Origin: Clostridium gelidum | GTDB lineage: Bacteria > Bacillota > Clostridia > Clostridiales > Clostridiaceae | Assembly (NCBI RefSeq): GCF_019977655.1 | Contig: NZ_AP024849.1 | Coordinates: 3,277,684 to 3,301,683, forward strand | Direction: 5' to 3' | DNA length: 24,000 bases | Shown: positions 6,284 to 17,703 of the stretch, in pieces | Layout: each line of letters starts with the position of its first letter | How positions within the stretch are numbered: the first letter of the stretch is position 1 | The notes under the pieces: generated by a model | What the model was told of the DNA's origin: nothing | The model's database searches: none | What the model saw: the letters and a program-made list of their open reading frames with translations, nothing else | Made by a program: the position numbers and the translations under genes

Positions 6284-6292
6284 ATTTATACA

Positions 6293-7480
6293 TTATTTAA
6301 TTATTCCTGCATCTTGAAGCATCCACTCTATATATATTCCATATCCTGTATCAGGTTTATTAATTAATACATGAGTTACTGCTCCTATAATTTTATTATT
6401 TTGGATAATCGGACTTCCACTCATCCCTTGCACTATTCCACCAGTTTTCGCAAGTAACCTAGGATCTGTAATTTTGATTACCATACTCTTAGAACCTGCC
6501 GTAGACTGATTTAAAAGCTTTTCAATTTCAATATCAAATTCTTGTGGACCACTTTCATCAATAGTTGTGATTATTTTTGCTTTTCCTATGGATATTTCAT
6601 CTCTAAAACCAACTTTAAGTGGTTTTATATTCATATTTAAGGCTTCTGTATTTTTAATTTCTCCAAAAATTCCACTTTGAGTATTCTTTTCAATATCCCC
6701 CGTTGGTGTTTGTTCATTTAGAAAAATCCCTCGAAGTTCACCCGGCGAGCCTTTTTCTCCTTTTCTAACACTTATTATAGATGATTCTAATACATCTCCT
6801 TTTTTTATTAAGAAAGGTTCATTTGTATCACAATCTGTGATTGGATGTCCTAATGCTCCAAATTTCTTAGTATCATCATCAAAAAATGTCATTGTTCCAA
6901 CTCCAGCTGTAGAGTCTCTAATCCACAATCCAATTTTATAGTCTTTATCATTTTCTTTTTTTAAGTGAATAATCTTTGTAAAATTTTCTCCACGTCTTAA
7001 GATATCAACCTTCACATCTTCTTCACATGTTTTAATTGTTTTCAATAAATCTATACAATTTTCCATTTCTATATCATTTACTTTTAATATTATGTCGCCA
7101 ATTTCAAGACCACATACTTTCCCAGGACTTTCTTCTTTTCTATTATTAACTTCTATATCCGAATATCCTACAATTAGCACACCTTGACTATTTACTCTTA
7201 CACCAATAGGATTTCCACCTGGATAAACTTCCAAGTCCTTAATTTTTTGAACTTCTAAAGATTTAAGTGGAATCATTCCTAAAAATTTTATTTCATATGT
7301 ATTTTCATTATTCTTGATTTTATCTATTGTGTTACCTATAGGTGCAATTGACTGTACTGTCTTTTCATTTTTTGTATAAATTGTACTCGGCAAATTGTTT
7401 ATACTCGCTAAGGTAATTAAAATTAGAATCAGGATTGGAGCTATAAGTAGACTAGTTGTACATAAAAGTTTTTTCTTCAT
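6293..7480 (-). CDS. spoIVB: SpoIVB peptidase (S55 family, PDZ domain), sigma-K checkpoint signalling protease
   Basis: N-terminal TM segment, PDZ-like GLEIGDIILKVND, and peptidase region GVGTMTFFDDDTKKFGALGHPITD...GMSGSPII. It also holds the conserved position next to spo0A. Confidence 0.93.
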   Translation of the reverse strand: MKKKLLCTTSLLIAPILILILITLASINNLPSTIYTKNEKTVQSIAPIGNTIDKIKNNENTYEIKFLGMIPLKSLEVQKIKDLEVYPGGNPIGVRVNSQGVLIVGYSDIEVNNRKEESPGKVCGLEIGDIILKVNDIEMENCIDLLKTIKTCEEDVKVDILRRGENFTKIIHLKKENDKDYKIGLWIRDSTAGVGTMTFFDDDTKKFGALGHPITDCDTNEPFLIKKGDVLESSIISVRKGEKGSPGELRGIFLNEQTPTGDIEKNTQSGIFGEIKNTEALNMNIKPLKVGFRDEISIGKAKIITTIDESGPQEFDIEIEKLLNQSTAGSKSMVIKITDPRLLAKTGGIVQGMSGSPIIQNNKIIGAVTHVLINKPDTGYGIYIEWMLQDAGIIK

Positions 7481-7508
7481 ATTTCTCTCCTCCTTTACTT
7501 CTTATCTT

Positions 7509-7538
7509 TAATTTCCCCACTATATAAAAATCTTATCC
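7509..7538 (-). promoter_or_regulatory. Candidate forespore (sigma-F/G type) promoter of spoIVB
   Basis: Minus strand: GGATA (7538..7534), 15 nt, GGGGAAATTA (7518..7509). This resembles the B. subtilis sigma-F consensus GCATR-15-GGHRARHTX with one mismatch in each element. The -10 ends 28 nt before the ATG, and SD AAAGGAGGAG lies between them. Confidence 0.3.
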
Positions 7539-7642
7539 TATATGAACTTTGTTATTGCAGACAAAAAGTTTAGCATATACTAAATTTTAATAGTTCTATT
7601 ATTTTCTTTCTTATTTTTATATAAATTTTAAAAAATGTAATC

Positions 7643-7675
7643 AAAAAAAAATAAAACCACGAAATCCATGGTTTT
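7643..7675 (-). terminator. Terminator of recN
   Basis: Stem AAAACCA (7653-7659) / TGGTTTT (7669-7675). It is followed on the minus strand by a run of 8 T (plus A-run 7643-7650). Confidence 0.6.
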
Positions 7676-7705
7676 ATTTTTACCAATTTTTATTTGTATA
7701 TGTAT

Positions 7706-9394
7706 TTATTTTTTAATTTCTATTTTTTTTAATTCACTTAGTTTTATCATTTCGCGTACATTGTTAAGTGTAGCTTCTGTTACATCATCACCAGCTAGCA
7801 TTTTACTTATTTCTAGCTCTTTTTCTTCTTTTAATAAAACTTTTATTTTAGTAAATGTTTTATTATCTATTACTTTTTTCATAACAAAATAATGATTATC
7901 TGATAATACTGCTATTTGTGGCAAGTGAGTTATACATAAAACTTGGTGTGTTTTTGATAATTGATACATTTTTTCTCCAACTCGTTGTGCAACAGCTCCA
8001 CTTATACCTGTATCTATTTCATCAAAAATCAAAGTAGGTATTTCATCTTTTTCAGCAAAAACACATTTTAAAGCCAACATTATTCTTGAAAGTTCTCCAC
8101 CTGATAATACTTTTTCTAGTGGCATAAGTGGTTCTCCTGGATTTGTAGATATTAAAAAACACACATCATCAAAGCCTTTTTCATTAAACTCCTCGGTTCT
8201 AGATACTCTTATTTCCATTCTTGATTTTTCAAGCCCTACAAATGTAAGTTCTTTCAAAATTTTTTCTTCTAAATATTTGCTTTTATTTACTCTATACTCA
8301 TGAATCACCAAAGCTTCTTTTTCCATCTTATATAAGACTTCTTTTTCTTTTTGCTTAAGTTCTTCAATTATTTTTTCCGAATTTACTATTTCATCATATT
8401 CTTTCTTTATTTTTTCATGATAATCTAATATTTCTGGAATAGTTGGTGCATATTTTTTCTTGTATTGATTTATTTCATAAATTCTAGCATTTGTTTTTTC
8501 TAAAGCATCTTGATCAAAAACAATTTCTTCAGCCATATCTCGAATTTCATGGCTTACTTCTTCTATTGTATAAAATGCCTCTTCAATAGCTTTCTTATTC
8601 TTTTTTATTTTTTCAAAATGTTTTTCCACATTAGCTAATTCTTGAATTACTTTTGAAATTGAATCTATTACGCTAAATTCTTCATTTCCATTTAATATTC
8701 CATAAGAAACAACTAAACTATTATTAATTTTTTCAGCATTTGCTAAAATATTATATTCTTCTTTTAAGTTTTCTTCTTCATTTTCTTTAAGCTTGGCCTT
8801 TTCAATATCTTCAATTTGAAATTTTAAATAATCTAATAACTTATCTCTATCTTGGTTTCCTGAAATTCTTTTAATATCTTCTTTTAATTCTATTAATCTT
8901 TTTCTAAAATCACTAAACTTATTCATTGGCTTTAATAATTCATTTCCAATAAAATCATCTAAATATGATATATGACTGTTTCTTTGCAAAAGGTCAACAT
9001 TTTGGTGTTGTCCATGAATGTCTAAAAGCTTTGCTCTTACGCGTCTAAGCTCTGATGTAATAAAACTTTTTCCGTTAATTTTAATTAAATTTTTTCCGCT
9101 TGCATGGCTTTCCCTTGAAACAATTAATACATCATCAAACTCAATATCTAATTCTTTTAAAACATCGCAGACTTTAGAATTTTCAAGAGTAAATAATGCT
9201 TCCACATATGTTTTTTCTTCACCTGTTCTTATTAAACTCTTAGAAAACTTTCCGCCAAGAACAAAGTCTATTGCATCTATCATTATAGACTTTCCAGCGC
9301 CTGTTTCCCCTGAAAGTATATTAAATCCTTCATTAAAGTTTATTGTCATTTCTTCTATTAACGCAAAATTTTTAATATTTAATTGAATTAACAT
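7706..9394 (-). CDS. recN: DNA repair protein RecN (SMC-like ATPase)
   Basis: Walker A GETGAGKS, long coiled-coil middle, signature LSGGELSR and Walker B LIFDEIDTG. Confidence 0.95.
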   Translation of the reverse strand: MLIQLNIKNFALIEEMTINFNEGFNILSGETGAGKSIMIDAIDFVLGGKFSKSLIRTGEEKTYVEALFTLENSKVCDVLKELDIEFDDVLIVSRESHASGKNLIKINGKSFITSELRRVRAKLLDIHGQHQNVDLLQRNSHISYLDDFIGNELLKPMNKFSDFRKRLIELKEDIKRISGNQDRDKLLDYLKFQIEDIEKAKLKENEEENLKEEYNILANAEKINNSLVVSYGILNGNEEFSVIDSISKVIQELANVEKHFEKIKKNKKAIEEAFYTIEEVSHEIRDMAEEIVFDQDALEKTNARIYEINQYKKKYAPTIPEILDYHEKIKKEYDEIVNSEKIIEELKQKEKEVLYKMEKEALVIHEYRVNKSKYLEEKILKELTFVGLEKSRMEIRVSRTEEFNEKGFDDVCFLISTNPGEPLMPLEKVLSGGELSRIMLALKCVFAEKDEIPTLIFDEIDTGISGAVAQRVGEKMYQLSKTHQVLCITHLPQIAVLSDNHYFVMKKVIDNKTFTKIKVLLKEEKELEISKMLAGDDVTEATLNNVREMIKLSELKKIEIKK

Positions 9395-9412
9395 TTTACC
9401 CCATCCTTATAA

Positions 9413-9865
9413 TTATGATGACATTCTCTTTCTTATTTTTTCTACTAATTCTTCGGCACTTTCTATGCTTCTAAGCAAAATAAATATGGTGTTATCTCCA
9501 GCGACTGTTCCTGCAATATCTGCGCTTTCCAAATTATCAACAGCCTCTGCCGCAATAGGTGCTGAACCCGTTATAGTCTTTATAACGACCATCTTATCTA
9601 CATTTTCTACTGAAAGAACCGTATTAACTAATATATTACTTAATCTATCTATAATATTTTTTTGTTCTCCTGTAGATACAAAATACTTAGACTTGCCGCT
9701 TGAAGCTTGCATTTTAATTAATTTTAAATTTTTAATATCTCTAGATACTGTAGCTTGAGTTACATCAAAACCTTCTTTTTTTAATGCCTCTGCAAGATCT
9801 TCTTGAGTTTCTATTTCTCTTGAGGTTATTATTTCTAATATTTTTGTATGTCTTTTTGATTTCAA
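9413..9865 (-). CDS. argR: Arginine repressor ArgR/AhrC
   Basis: [20 protein letters not shown]...[13 protein letters not shown] (wHTH) and C-terminal [12 protein letters not shown]. The start is TTG (9865..9863), which overlaps the nadK stop (TTGA). Confidence 0.93.
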   Translation of the reverse strand: MKSKRHTKILEIITSREIETQEDLAEALKKEGFDVTQATVSRDIKNLKLIKMQASSGKSKYFVSTGEQKNIIDRLSNILVNTVLSVENVDKMVVIKTITGSAPIAAEAVDNLESADIAGTVAGDNTIFILLRSIESAEELVEKIRKRMSS

Positions 9866-10716
9866 AATTCCTCACCATCACATTCTTTAGAATTGTTTAA
9901 AACCTTACTTCTTAAAACCTTAAAATAATCATAATCATCAAATAGAAGTAGCTTTACACTTTTTTTATTTTTGCTTACCTTGATTGAAGTTTCATGATTA
10001 ACTTTAATTGCTTTTTGGCCATCTACTGTTAAATAAACTATTTCATCTTCGTGGTCTGCACATATTTCTATAATACTATCACCTTTTAATACAATAGTAT
10101 GCATACTTCTTGAGTGTGGACATATTGGTGTTATTGTTATAAGTTCTAAGTCAGGATATACAAATGGTCCACCCGCTGAAAATGAATATGCTGTAGACCC
10201 TGCAGGAGTTGCAATAATAAGTCCATCACCTTTAAATGTTGTATAAATTTTACCATCTACAAATATCTTGAATTTCACCATCCTTGATAATGTTCCTCTA
10301 GCAAGTACTGCATCATTTAGTGCATTAAGTTCTTCATGATTCCCATTAGATTCAACTTTGCAGTTTAACATCATTCTATTAACAATTTTATATTTTTTTT
10401 CTTCAAGTTTATCAAGTGCATTATCTATGTCAGATATCTCTATACTGGACAAGAATCCCAAATTACCTATGTTTATTCCTAAGATAGGTGCATTAAAACT
10501 ATCATTTAAAGATCTTGCTATTCCAAGAAGAGTTCCATCCCCTCCAAGTACAACAAGTAAATCAATACCTTTTAAGTCTTGATTTTCTATATCAAAAGAA
10601 CTAAAAACAGCAATGTCTTTAAAGTTGAACTTTTCTCTAAATTTCTGTATAACCATATGTAATATTTTATTATCTTTATCCTTTGATGGATTAATTGCAA
10701 TCCCAATATTTTTCAT
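9862..10716 (-). CDS. nadK: NAD kinase
   Basis: Motifs [18 protein letters not shown] and [15 protein letters not shown]. Confidence 0.93.
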   Translation of the reverse strand: MKNIGIAINPSKDKDNKILHMVIQKFREKFNFKDIAVFSSFDIENQDLKGIDLLVVLGGDGTLLGIARSLNDSFNAPILGINIGNLGFLSSIEISDIDNALDKLEEKKYKIVNRMMLNCKVESNGNHEELNALNDAVLARGTLSRMVKFKIFVDGKIYTTFKGDGLIIATPAGSTAYSFSAGGPFVYPDLELITITPICPHSRSMHTIVLKGDSIIEICADHEDEIVYLTVDGQKAIKVNHETSIKVSKNKKSVKLLLFDDYDYFKVLRSKVLNNSKECDGEEF

Positions 10717-10732
10717 AGCCCCTCCAAAGAAG

Positions 10733-11542
10733 TTAAATTTCTACATGTGATGCTTCAACTACGGTCTCTACATCTTCTCTTTTAAAATTGCTTTCTTTAT
10801 TTTTATCTTTTGAAAAATAAACTAAATATTCTCTATTGCCTTCTGGCCCTTTAATAGGAGAATATCCCACACCTAAAACATTTAAATTTTGTTGCATTAA
10901 AAAATCTATAATTCCATAAACTACTTCTTTATGGGTTTCCTTTTCTCTTATAACACCTTTTTTACCTACTTTTTCACGTCCTGCTTCAAATTGTGGCTTT
11001 ATAAGTGCAACAACTTCTCCATCATCTTTTAAAAGATTTAAAGTTGCTGGCATTATTTTTTTCAACGAGATAAAAGATACATCTATAGATGCAAAATCTA
11101 AAGGTTCTCCTATATTCTCTAAAGTAACATATCTTATATTTGTTCTTTCCATGCAAACTACTCTTTCATCTGTTCTTAGCTTCCACGCAAACTGTCCATA
11201 TCCGACATCAACAGAAAACACCTTGGATGCTTTGTTTTGAAGCATACAGTCTGTGAAGCCACCTGTAGATGCTCCTATATCCATACAAACCTTGTTTTCT
11301 AGTGAAATGTCATAAGTTTTCATTGCCTTTTCTAACTTTAGTCCACCGCGACTAACATATTTAAGAGTAGCTCCTCTATATTCTATATTCGCACTTTCAC
11401 TAATCTTTTCTCCAGCTTTATCTACTTTTTGTCCATCAACATAAACTTTACCTTCCATTATACATGCTTTTGCTCTCTCTCTAGAAGTAATTATGCCCTT
11501 TTCTACTAAAAGTATATCAAGTCTTTCCTTTTTTTCTGCCAT
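10733..11542 (-). CDS. tlyA: TlyA-family rRNA 2'-O-methyltransferase (S4 domain + FtsJ-like), historically annotated as hemolysin A
   Basis: N-terminal S4-like RLDILLVEKGIITSRERAK, SAM motif DIGASTGGFTD, and a position between dxs and nadK/argR as in other Firmicutes (yqxC). Confidence 0.9.
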   Translation of the reverse strand: MAEKKERLDILLVEKGIITSRERAKACIMEGKVYVDGQKVDKAGEKISESANIEYRGATLKYVSRGGLKLEKAMKTYDISLENKVCMDIGASTGGFTDCMLQNKASKVFSVDVGYGQFAWKLRTDERVVCMERTNIRYVTLENIGEPLDFASIDVSFISLKKIMPATLNLLKDDGEVVALIKPQFEAGREKVGKKGVIREKETHKEVVYGIIDFLMQQNLNVLGVGYSPIKGPEGNREYLVYFSKDKNKESNFKREDVETVVEASHVEI

Positions 11543-11554
11543 TTGTTTCTCCTT

Positions 11555-13420
11555 TTAATCATAAAGATTTATAACAGCCTTACTTATGCTCTCACAATCT
11601 AGCTTATATGTTTTATATAAAGTTTCTACATTCCCTTGTGGAATAAATTCATCACCATATCCAATAGATCTAATTGTTCCTTTATAATCTATATTACTTA
11701 AATAATCTTTAATAACGCTGCCTAGTCCACCTTTTAAAATATTATCTTCTATTGTTAAAATATTATATCCTTGTTTTTTAATATTTTCTAGTAAATTTTT
11801 ATCAATCGGTTTAATAAATGTTGCATTTATTATAGTAGGATTTAATCCCTTTTCATATAGTATATCTTTTGCAAGCATAACATGTTGAACCATTTTACCA
11901 GTTGCAATAATACATACCTTAGAACCTTTATTTATGATTTCCCATTTACCTTCGCAAACTTTTGTAATTGGAGATAAAGTATTTATTATGTTTCCACCTC
12001 TTGGATATCTAATAGCAACAGGTGCATTCTTATTTATTGCCCATTTTAATAAAACTTCAACTTCCTCTAAACACTTTGGTGCAACTATATGTATATTAGG
12101 AATTAGAGATAAATATGATAAATCATTAATACCTTGATGCGTTTCTCCATCTTCTCCAACTATTCCAGCTCTATCTATTGCAAATACTACTGGAAGATTC
12201 TGAAGACAAACATCTGTAATTATTTGATCAAATGCTCTTTGTAAAAACGTAGAATACACAGCAAATACTGGTTTCAATCCATTACTCGCCATTCCAGCGG
12301 CTAAAGTAACTGCATGTTCTTCAGCTATTCCAACATCAAAAAATCTATCTTTAAACTTCTCTGAAAAACACTTAAGACCAGTTCCATCTGGCATTGCTGC
12401 TGTAATAGCTACAATTCTTTCATCTTCCATGCTTAGATTCATTAATGCTTTCCCAAAGGCTTTAGAGTAACTATTTTTTGGCGATACATTTGCTTCTCCA
12501 CTTTCTAGATCAAAAGGACCCATTGCATGATATTTAGAAGGGCTTTCCTCAGCTAATGCATATCCTTTTCCTTTTTGGGTTAAAACATGTATTATAACCG
12601 GTCCTCCAATTTCTTTAGCTTTAATAAGCACATCAGTCATTGCATTTATATCGTGACCATCAATAGGCCCAATATACTTAATTCCCATATTTTCAAAAAA
12701 CATAGATGATACTACTAATTGTTTAATGCTATCCTTTACTTTAGACAATTTCCCTGCAATGTTTTTCCCAAAATCCGATTGATTTAAAGAAGCTTGTATA
12801 TCCATTTTTAATTTATTATATCTAGGTTCCATTCTAAGCTTGTTTAAATATCTTGAAAGTCCCCCAACATTTTTTGAAATTGACATTTGATTATCATTTA
12901 AAATAATAATCAAATTAGTTTTTCTAAAACCAACATCATTTAACGCTTCAAGCGCCATCCCACCAGTTAATGCACCATCACCTATTACAGCAATAACACT
13001 ATATTTTTCTTTTTTTACATCTCTTGCACGTGCAATACCAAGTGCTGCTGATACAGATGTACTGCTATGACCTGTGTCAAAATAATCATATTTACTTTCA
13101 TTTCTTTTTGGAAATCCACTCATTCCATTAAATTGCCTAAGTTTTTTAAATCCATCTTTTCTTCCAGTTAAAATTTTATAAACATAACTTTGATGTCCTA
13201 CATCCCATACTATCTTATCTTTATCAAAATCAAAAGCTTTAAATAAACTTAAAGTAAGCTCAACAACACCTAAATTAGATGCTAAATGTCCCCCTGTTTT
13301 AGAAACACTATCTATTAAAAACTCTCTAAGTTCATCACTTAAGACTTTATTATCATTATCATTAAGTTTTTTTATATCTTTTGGGAAATTCAATTTATTA
13401 AGTAATTTCACAACAATCAT
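11555..13420 (-). CDS. dxs: 1-deoxy-D-xylulose-5-phosphate synthase
   Basis: [26 protein letters not shown], and TPP motif [16 protein letters not shown]...ILNDN. The start could instead be GTG 13411, which has better spacing from SD GAGGGA. Confidence 0.96.
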   Translation of the reverse strand: MIVVKLLNKLNFPKDIKKLNDNDNKVLSDELREFLIDSVSKTGGHLASNLGVVELTLSLFKAFDFDKDKIVWDVGHQSYVYKILTGRKDGFKKLRQFNGMSGFPKRNESKYDYFDTGHSSTSVSAALGIARARDVKKEKYSVIAVIGDGALTGGMALEALNDVGFRKTNLIIILNDNQMSISKNVGGLSRYLNKLRMEPRYNKLKMDIQASLNQSDFGKNIAGKLSKVKDSIKQLVVSSMFFENMGIKYIGPIDGHDINAMTDVLIKAKEIGGPVIIHVLTQKGKGYALAEESPSKYHAMGPFDLESGEANVSPKNSYSKAFGKALMNLSMEDERIVAITAAMPDGTGLKCFSEKFKDRFFDVGIAEEHAVTLAAGMASNGLKPVFAVYSTFLQRAFDQIITDVCLQNLPVVFAIDRAGIVGEDGETHQGINDLSYLSLIPNIHIVAPKCLEEVEVLLKWAINKNAPVAIRYPRGGNIINTLSPITKVCEGKWEIINKGSKVCIIATGKMVQHVMLAKDILYEKGLNPTIINATFIKPIDKNLLENIKKQGYNILTIEDNILKGGLGSVIKDYLSNIDYKGTIRSIGYGDEFIPQGNVETLYKTYKLDCESISKAVINLYD

Positions 13421-13428
13421 TCCCTCTA

Positions 13429-14298
13429 TTAATTTTCTCTATTTAAAAGAGTATACGTTAGATTAGCTAAACAATCTGCATTAACAGTTAAATCCTTAAG
13501 AATATTAATACATTCTTCACTTAATGTATCACATAATTCATTACACTTATCTAATCCAAAAACTGATATAAAATTAGTTTTATCATTTTCTTCATCAGCA
13601 TGTGTATTTTTACCTAGTACTTTAGTATCTCCAACAACATCTAATATATCATCTTTTATTTGAAACACTAAACCTAATTTTTCTCCGTATTCTTCTAAAA
13701 CATTCAAGTCACATTCTGGAGCATTTGCTAATATTGCTCCTGCAAGTACTGCTGCCTTAATTAAGGCACCTGTTTTCTTTGAGTGCATATACTTTAATTC
13801 ATCTCTTGAAATTGTTTTACCTTCAGAGATAACATCAACTACTTGACCGCCTATCATTCCTTCAGCACCAGCTGCTACTGCTATACTATAAGCTGCTTTT
13901 AATGAATTATCGTTATTTATCAAAGCATAGTTCATCATAATTATCATAGATTCATTTAATAGAGCATCCCCTGCAAGAACTGCTATATTTTCTTGAAACT
14001 TAACATGATTTGTTGGTTTTCCTCGCCTTAAATCATCATTATCCATACAAGGAAGATCATCATGAATTAAGGAATAAGTATGAATCATTTCAATGGCAGC
14101 CGCCATTGGCATAACTTTTTTATAATCTTCTTTGTATATATAATAAGACAATGCAAGTAATATAGGACGAATTCTTTTCCCACCTATATTTAAGCTATAA
14201 CTGCATGAATCATATATAATTTTATTATATGTTCCTTTTTCTTTAAAATAATTTTCTAAATAATCATTAATATCTTGCTTTAAATTATTTATCTCCAT
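13429..14298 (-). CDS. ispA: Farnesyl/geranyl diphosphate synthase (polyprenyl synthetase)
   Basis: First Asp-rich motif [17 protein letters not shown] and second motif FQIKDDILD. The start is ambiguous: I give ATG 14298 (MEINNLKQ...), while the track uses ATG 14328. Both overlap the end of xseB. Confidence 0.92.
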   Translation of the reverse strand: MEINNLKQDINDYLENYFKEKGTYNKIIYDSCSYSLNIGGKRIRPILLALSYYIYKEDYKKVMPMAAAIEMIHTYSLIHDDLPCMDNDDLRRGKPTNHVKFQENIAVLAGDALLNESMIIMMNYALINNDNSLKAAYSIAVAAGAEGMIGGQVVDVISEGKTISRDELKYMHSKKTGALIKAAVLAGAILANAPECDLNVLEEYGEKLGLVFQIKDDILDVVGDTKVLGKNTHADEENDKTNFISVFGLDKCNELCDTLSEECINILKDLTVNADCLANLTYTLLNREN

Positions 14299-14509
14299 TA
14301 CTTTCACTAAACTCCACTTCTTTTTCATCTTTAATTATAGAAATTTTTGCTTCATATGTATCTAAAATCTTATAAATTTTATTTACAAGTTTAACTCCAT
14401 CTTCATAAGATTTCATAGAATCTTCAAGGTTTAATTCATCTGTTTCTAAATTATTTAATATATCTTGAAGCTTAGTTAACATTTCTTCATAACTTTCTTT
14501 TTTAGCCAT
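14285..14509 (-). CDS. xseB: Exodeoxyribonuclease VII small subunit
   Basis: 74-aa helical protein directly downstream of xseA, with [15 protein letters not shown]...L.LEDSMK.YE.G typical of XseB. Confidence 0.88.
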   Translation of the reverse strand: MAKKESYEEMLTKLQDILNNLETDELNLEDSMKSYEDGVKLVNKIYKILDTYEAKISIIKDEKEVEFSESNGDK

Positions 14510-14558
14510 ATTATTAACTCCTTGCCTGATGCATAATATATATCACATCTTTAACTTG

Positions 14559-15767
14559 TTATTTTACATATTGTTCTGGCACAAATTTTCCTTCTACGCT
14601 TCCATCTTTAAGACAAATCTTTAAATTAATTGTTTCTTTTAATTGTTCTTTTGATGTAATTAATTTTTTTTCATTGTCCTCTATTATAGCATATCCTTTG
14701 CGTATAACATTAACTGGATTATGAGCGATAAGTAAATTATTGAAATTTTCTATTTTATTTTTTTCTCTTTTAAGTTTTGTTTTTATTACAAAGTTTAATC
14801 TATCTTGTAATTTATCTAATTCTAAATATGAATTAGATATTTTAGCTATTGGCGAATGAATATTTAAAATTCTTTCTGCTCCAGATAAATCAATTCTACA
14901 CTCTTTTAATTTATTGTCTATTCTTTTATCTAATATTTTAGAGATATCACAAACTTTAGCTTGTATATCACTGCTCAAGGCCACTGCTATTTCTGCTCCT
15001 TGTGATGGTGTTGCAGCCCTAACGTCTGCTGCAAAATCTGAAATAGTAAAATCTATTTCATGACCTACTGCTGAAATTATAGGTATCTTTGAATTAAAAA
15101 TAGCTTTAGCTAATTCTTCTTCATTAAAATTCCATAATTCTTCTATAGATCCACCACCACGACCTATTATTATTACATCCACAGACTTCGTTTTGTTAAA
15201 ATAATTAATACCTTTAATTATTTCTTTATAGGCACCAATGCCTTGAACTGCAGCTGGATATAATACCAAATCAACCAAAGTACTTCTTCTAGTTGCAACA
15301 TTTATAATATCTTTAATTGCTGCTCCAGTAGGTGATGTTACTATTCCTATTTTTTCAGAGAACCTGGGTAATGGTTTTTTATTAGCCTCATCAAAATATC
15401 CTGCTTTAGACAATTTTTCTTTAAGCTTTTCAAATTTAATAAATAAATCTCCAAGACCTTCTTTTTTTATTTCATCACAATAAAGTTGAAAGCTTCCAGT
15501 TGCAGGATATATAGATGCTCTTCCCTTAATTACAACTTCCATGCCTTCTTCTAAATCAAAATCAAGTAAAAGTGCATTTCCTTTAAACATAACGCAATTT
15601 ACTTTCCCATTGCTATCCTTAAGAGTGAAATAAATATGCCCACTACCATGATATTTTAAATTAGAAATCTCCCCTTTTACAGAGAGATTGCTTAAAATAA
15701 AGTCATTGTCTAACATTCTTTTTATGTAATTCGTAACCTCAGAAACAGTTAACGTCTTAATATTCAT
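14559..15767 (-). CDS. xseA: Exodeoxyribonuclease VII large subunit
   Basis: N-terminal OB fold ([22 protein letters not shown]) and catalytic region [14 protein letters not shown]...[14 protein letters not shown]. The start overlaps the folD stop by 11 nt. Confidence 0.93.
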   Translation of the reverse strand: MNIKTLTVSEVTNYIKRMLDNDFILSNLSVKGEISNLKYHGSGHIYFTLKDSNGKVNCVMFKGNALLLDFDLEEGMEVVIKGRASIYPATGSFQLYCDEIKKEGLGDLFIKFEKLKEKLSKAGYFDEANKKPLPRFSEKIGIVTSPTGAAIKDIINVATRRSTLVDLVLYPAAVQGIGAYKEIIKGINYFNKTKSVDVIIIGRGGGSIEELWNFNEEELAKAIFNSKIPIISAVGHEIDFTISDFAADVRAATPSQGAEIAVALSSDIQAKVCDISKILDKRIDNKLKECRIDLSGAERILNIHSPIAKISNSYLELDKLQDRLNFVIKTKLKREKNKIENFNNLLIAHNPVNVIRKGYAIIEDNEKKLITSKEQLKETINLKICLKDGSVEGKFVPEQYVK

Positions 15768-16605
15768 TTTGTTCTAAAGCCTCACATGCATTTTTTATTA
15801 AAAGAGTTGTTGTAAGTGCCCCTACTCCGCCTGGAACTGGAGTTAGTAATTTACACTTATCTATAACCTTATCAAAATCTACATCACCAGTTATCTTACC
15901 TTCAAAAGATGATGTTCCTACATCAATTACTATTGCATCTTCATTTACATAAGTTTCGTCAATAAATTTTGGTCTTCCAATAGCAACTACCAATATATCT
16001 GCTACTCTACAAACTTCTCTTAAATTCTTTGTTTTAGAGTGACAAATAGTAACTGTAGCATTTTCATTTAATAAAAGTTGCGCTACCGGTTTTCCAACTA
16101 TATTGCTTCTTCCAAGAACTACAACATTCTTACCTACAATATCTACATTTAAACTCTTAATTAAAGTAACTACAGAATTAGGAGTACAAGGTAAGAATTT
16201 AGGTTCACCCATATATAGCTTTCCCTGGCTTTCAAATGTAAGACAATCAATATCCTTACTTGGAGATATTTCTTTAATTATTTTCTTTTCATCAAAATTA
16301 CTTGGAAGTGGTAATTGCAAAATAATTCCTTGAACATCTTTGTCTTCATTTAATTTATGTATTTCAGATATTACATCTTCATTCTTTGAGGTTTCAGGTA
16401 AAGTCACTTTTAAAAATCCAGCTCCAAGAGAAACCGCAACCTTTTCTTGACTTGCCATATAATAAATAGATCCGCCATCATTTCCAACTAATATAGATGC
16501 AATTTTAGGGATTTTAAGATCTTTTTCTTTTCTATTGCTGATAAAATTTTTGATATCTTCTTTTACCTTCAATGCAACTTCTTTACCATTTATAATTTTG
16601 CCCAT
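15757..16605 (-). CDS. folD: Bifunctional methylenetetrahydrofolate dehydrogenase / methenyl-THF cyclohydrolase
   Basis: IINGKEVA..., [23 protein letters not shown] and [11 protein letters not shown]. Confidence 0.95.
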   Translation of the reverse strand: MGKIINGKEVALKVKEDIKNFISNRKEKDLKIPKIASILVGNDGGSIYYMASQEKVAVSLGAGFLKVTLPETSKNEDVISEIHKLNEDKDVQGIILQLPLPSNFDEKKIIKEISPSKDIDCLTFESQGKLYMGEPKFLPCTPNSVVTLIKSLNVDIVGKNVVVLGRSNIVGKPVAQLLLNENATVTICHSKTKNLREVCRVADILVVAIGRPKFIDETYVNEDAIVIDVGTSSFEGKITGDVDFDKVIDKCKLLTPVPGGVGALTTTLLIKNACEALEQNEY

Positions 16606-16630
16606 AAACCAAACCTACTTTCATTCTTCA

Positions 16631-17035
16631 TCATTCTGCTGAATCAATTTTATCTAAAACTCCATTAATAAAGCTTACACTTTTTTCATCAGAATATCTT
16701 CTTGTAATTTCTAATGCTTCGTTAATAACAACAGCTCTTGGAACTTGTTCATCATATAATAACTCATATGTTGCAAGTCTCAATATGCTTAAATTCACCT
16801 TAGGTACCCTATCTAGTTTCCAATTATGTAAGTTTTCAGTAATAATTTTGTCAATTGCTTCTTTATTATTTTCTATTCCAATTAATGCTTGTTTAACATA
16901 AGTTAAATCAATTTCTTTTATATCGCCTTCATAATTTTCTAGGAATCCTTCTATTGCCTCTTCAGTGGTGTCTTTGCTTAAAGTCATTCCAAATAATAAC
17001 TCCATAGTTTTGTCTCTTGATAATTTTCTATTCAT
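16631..17035 (-). CDS. nusB: Transcription antitermination factor NusB
   Basis: 134 aa with W.LDR....[12 protein letters not shown] and [11 protein letters not shown], plus its synteny position. Confidence 0.9.
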   Translation of the reverse strand: MNRKLSRDKTMELLFGMTLSKDTTEEAIEGFLENYEGDIKEIDLTYVKQALIGIENNKEAIDKIITENLHNWKLDRVPKVNLSILRLATYELLYDEQVPRAVVINEALEITRRYSDEKSVSFINGVLDKIDSAE

Positions 17036-17190
17036 ATAGTCCTCCTAAATTTGTATCATAATTAATTATGTACATTTATCATTATATACACTTTTTTTTT
17101 CTTTTAAGCACGTGCAAGAAAATAATAAGTAACATATTCTCTCTTGTTGTTTCTTTGAATATGCCTTAAGGCCGTCTTCGCATAGAAATA

Positions 17191-17211
17191 CCCTCTGAAA
17201 GCTTCAGAGGG
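17191..17211 (-). terminator. Stem-loop after the asp23-family gene (probable weak terminator or attenuating hairpin)
   Basis: CCCTCTGAA / TTCAGAGGG, a 9-bp GC-containing stem beginning 12 nt after the stop. The following T-tract is weak (TATTTCTAT). Confidence 0.5.
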
Positions 17212-17222
17212 TGAAAATCAAA

Positions 17223-17603
17223 CTAGTTAGATTCAATTTCTTCCTTTTTAGGCAAATAAATATTTTGGACATAAATGTTAACAGATTCAACATATAATCC
17301 CGTCATAGCTTCAACTGTTTTTTTAACATTATCTTGTACTTGTGCTACAACATCCATTATCTTTCTGCCATACTCTACTGATACATTCATATCTATTATT
17401 GCTTTATCTTCCTCTAGTGTTACTTTACTTGCTTTAGCAGTATTCTTTTTGCCTTTAAATATGTTTGTTAAATTGCTTGCAACACCAATTTGACTATCTA
17501 AAACTCCATCAATTTCTTGAGCTGCAATTCCAGCAATTACGCTTACTACTTCATCCGAAATTTTAACGACTCCGATATTATCTTCTCTAACTAAATCTTC
17601 CAT
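17223..17603 (-). CDS. Asp23/Gls24-family (alkaline shock protein-like) protein, YqhY equivalent
   Basis: GVVKISDEVVSVIAGIAAQEIDGV... and VNIYVQNI are typical of the Asp23 family. Its position between spoIIIAH and nusB matches yqhY in B. subtilis. Confidence 0.85.
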   Translation of the reverse strand: MEDLVREDNIGVVKISDEVVSVIAGIAAQEIDGVLDSQIGVASNLTNIFKGKKNTAKASKVTLEEDKAIIDMNVSVEYGRKIMDVVAQVQDNVKKTVEAMTGLYVESVNIYVQNIYLPKKEEIESN

Positions 17604-17655
17604 GTTACTTACCCTCCTAGGTTTTGTAATAACAAAACATGATAATCTTGTGTTT

Positions 17656-17684
17656 ATTATATCAAATATATTTTAACATTACAA
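17656..17684 (-). promoter_or_regulatory. Candidate sigma-A promoter for the asp23-nusB-folD... unit
   Basis: Minus strand: TTGTAA (17684..17679, 4/6), 17-nt spacer, extended -10 TGATATAAT (17664..17656). Confidence 0.45.
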
Positions 17685-17703
17685 TTATATTATGGTTTTT
17701 CTA

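Noticed and set aside
5810-6292. Canonical Spo0A boxes (TGNCGAA), a sigma-H promoter and a CodY box upstream of spo0A
   Set aside because: The only CG-containing candidate (ATACGAA, complement of 5822-5828) matches just the CGAA core. No AGGA-N-GAAT pair has proper spacing. The AAAATTCTGTAAAA stretch has about 5 mismatches to AATTTTCWGAAAATT.
17108-17115. GC-rich 8-bp palindrome GCACGTGC in the AT-rich nusB upstream region
   Set aside because: It is too short to be significant in 24 kb and does not recur elsewhere in the window.
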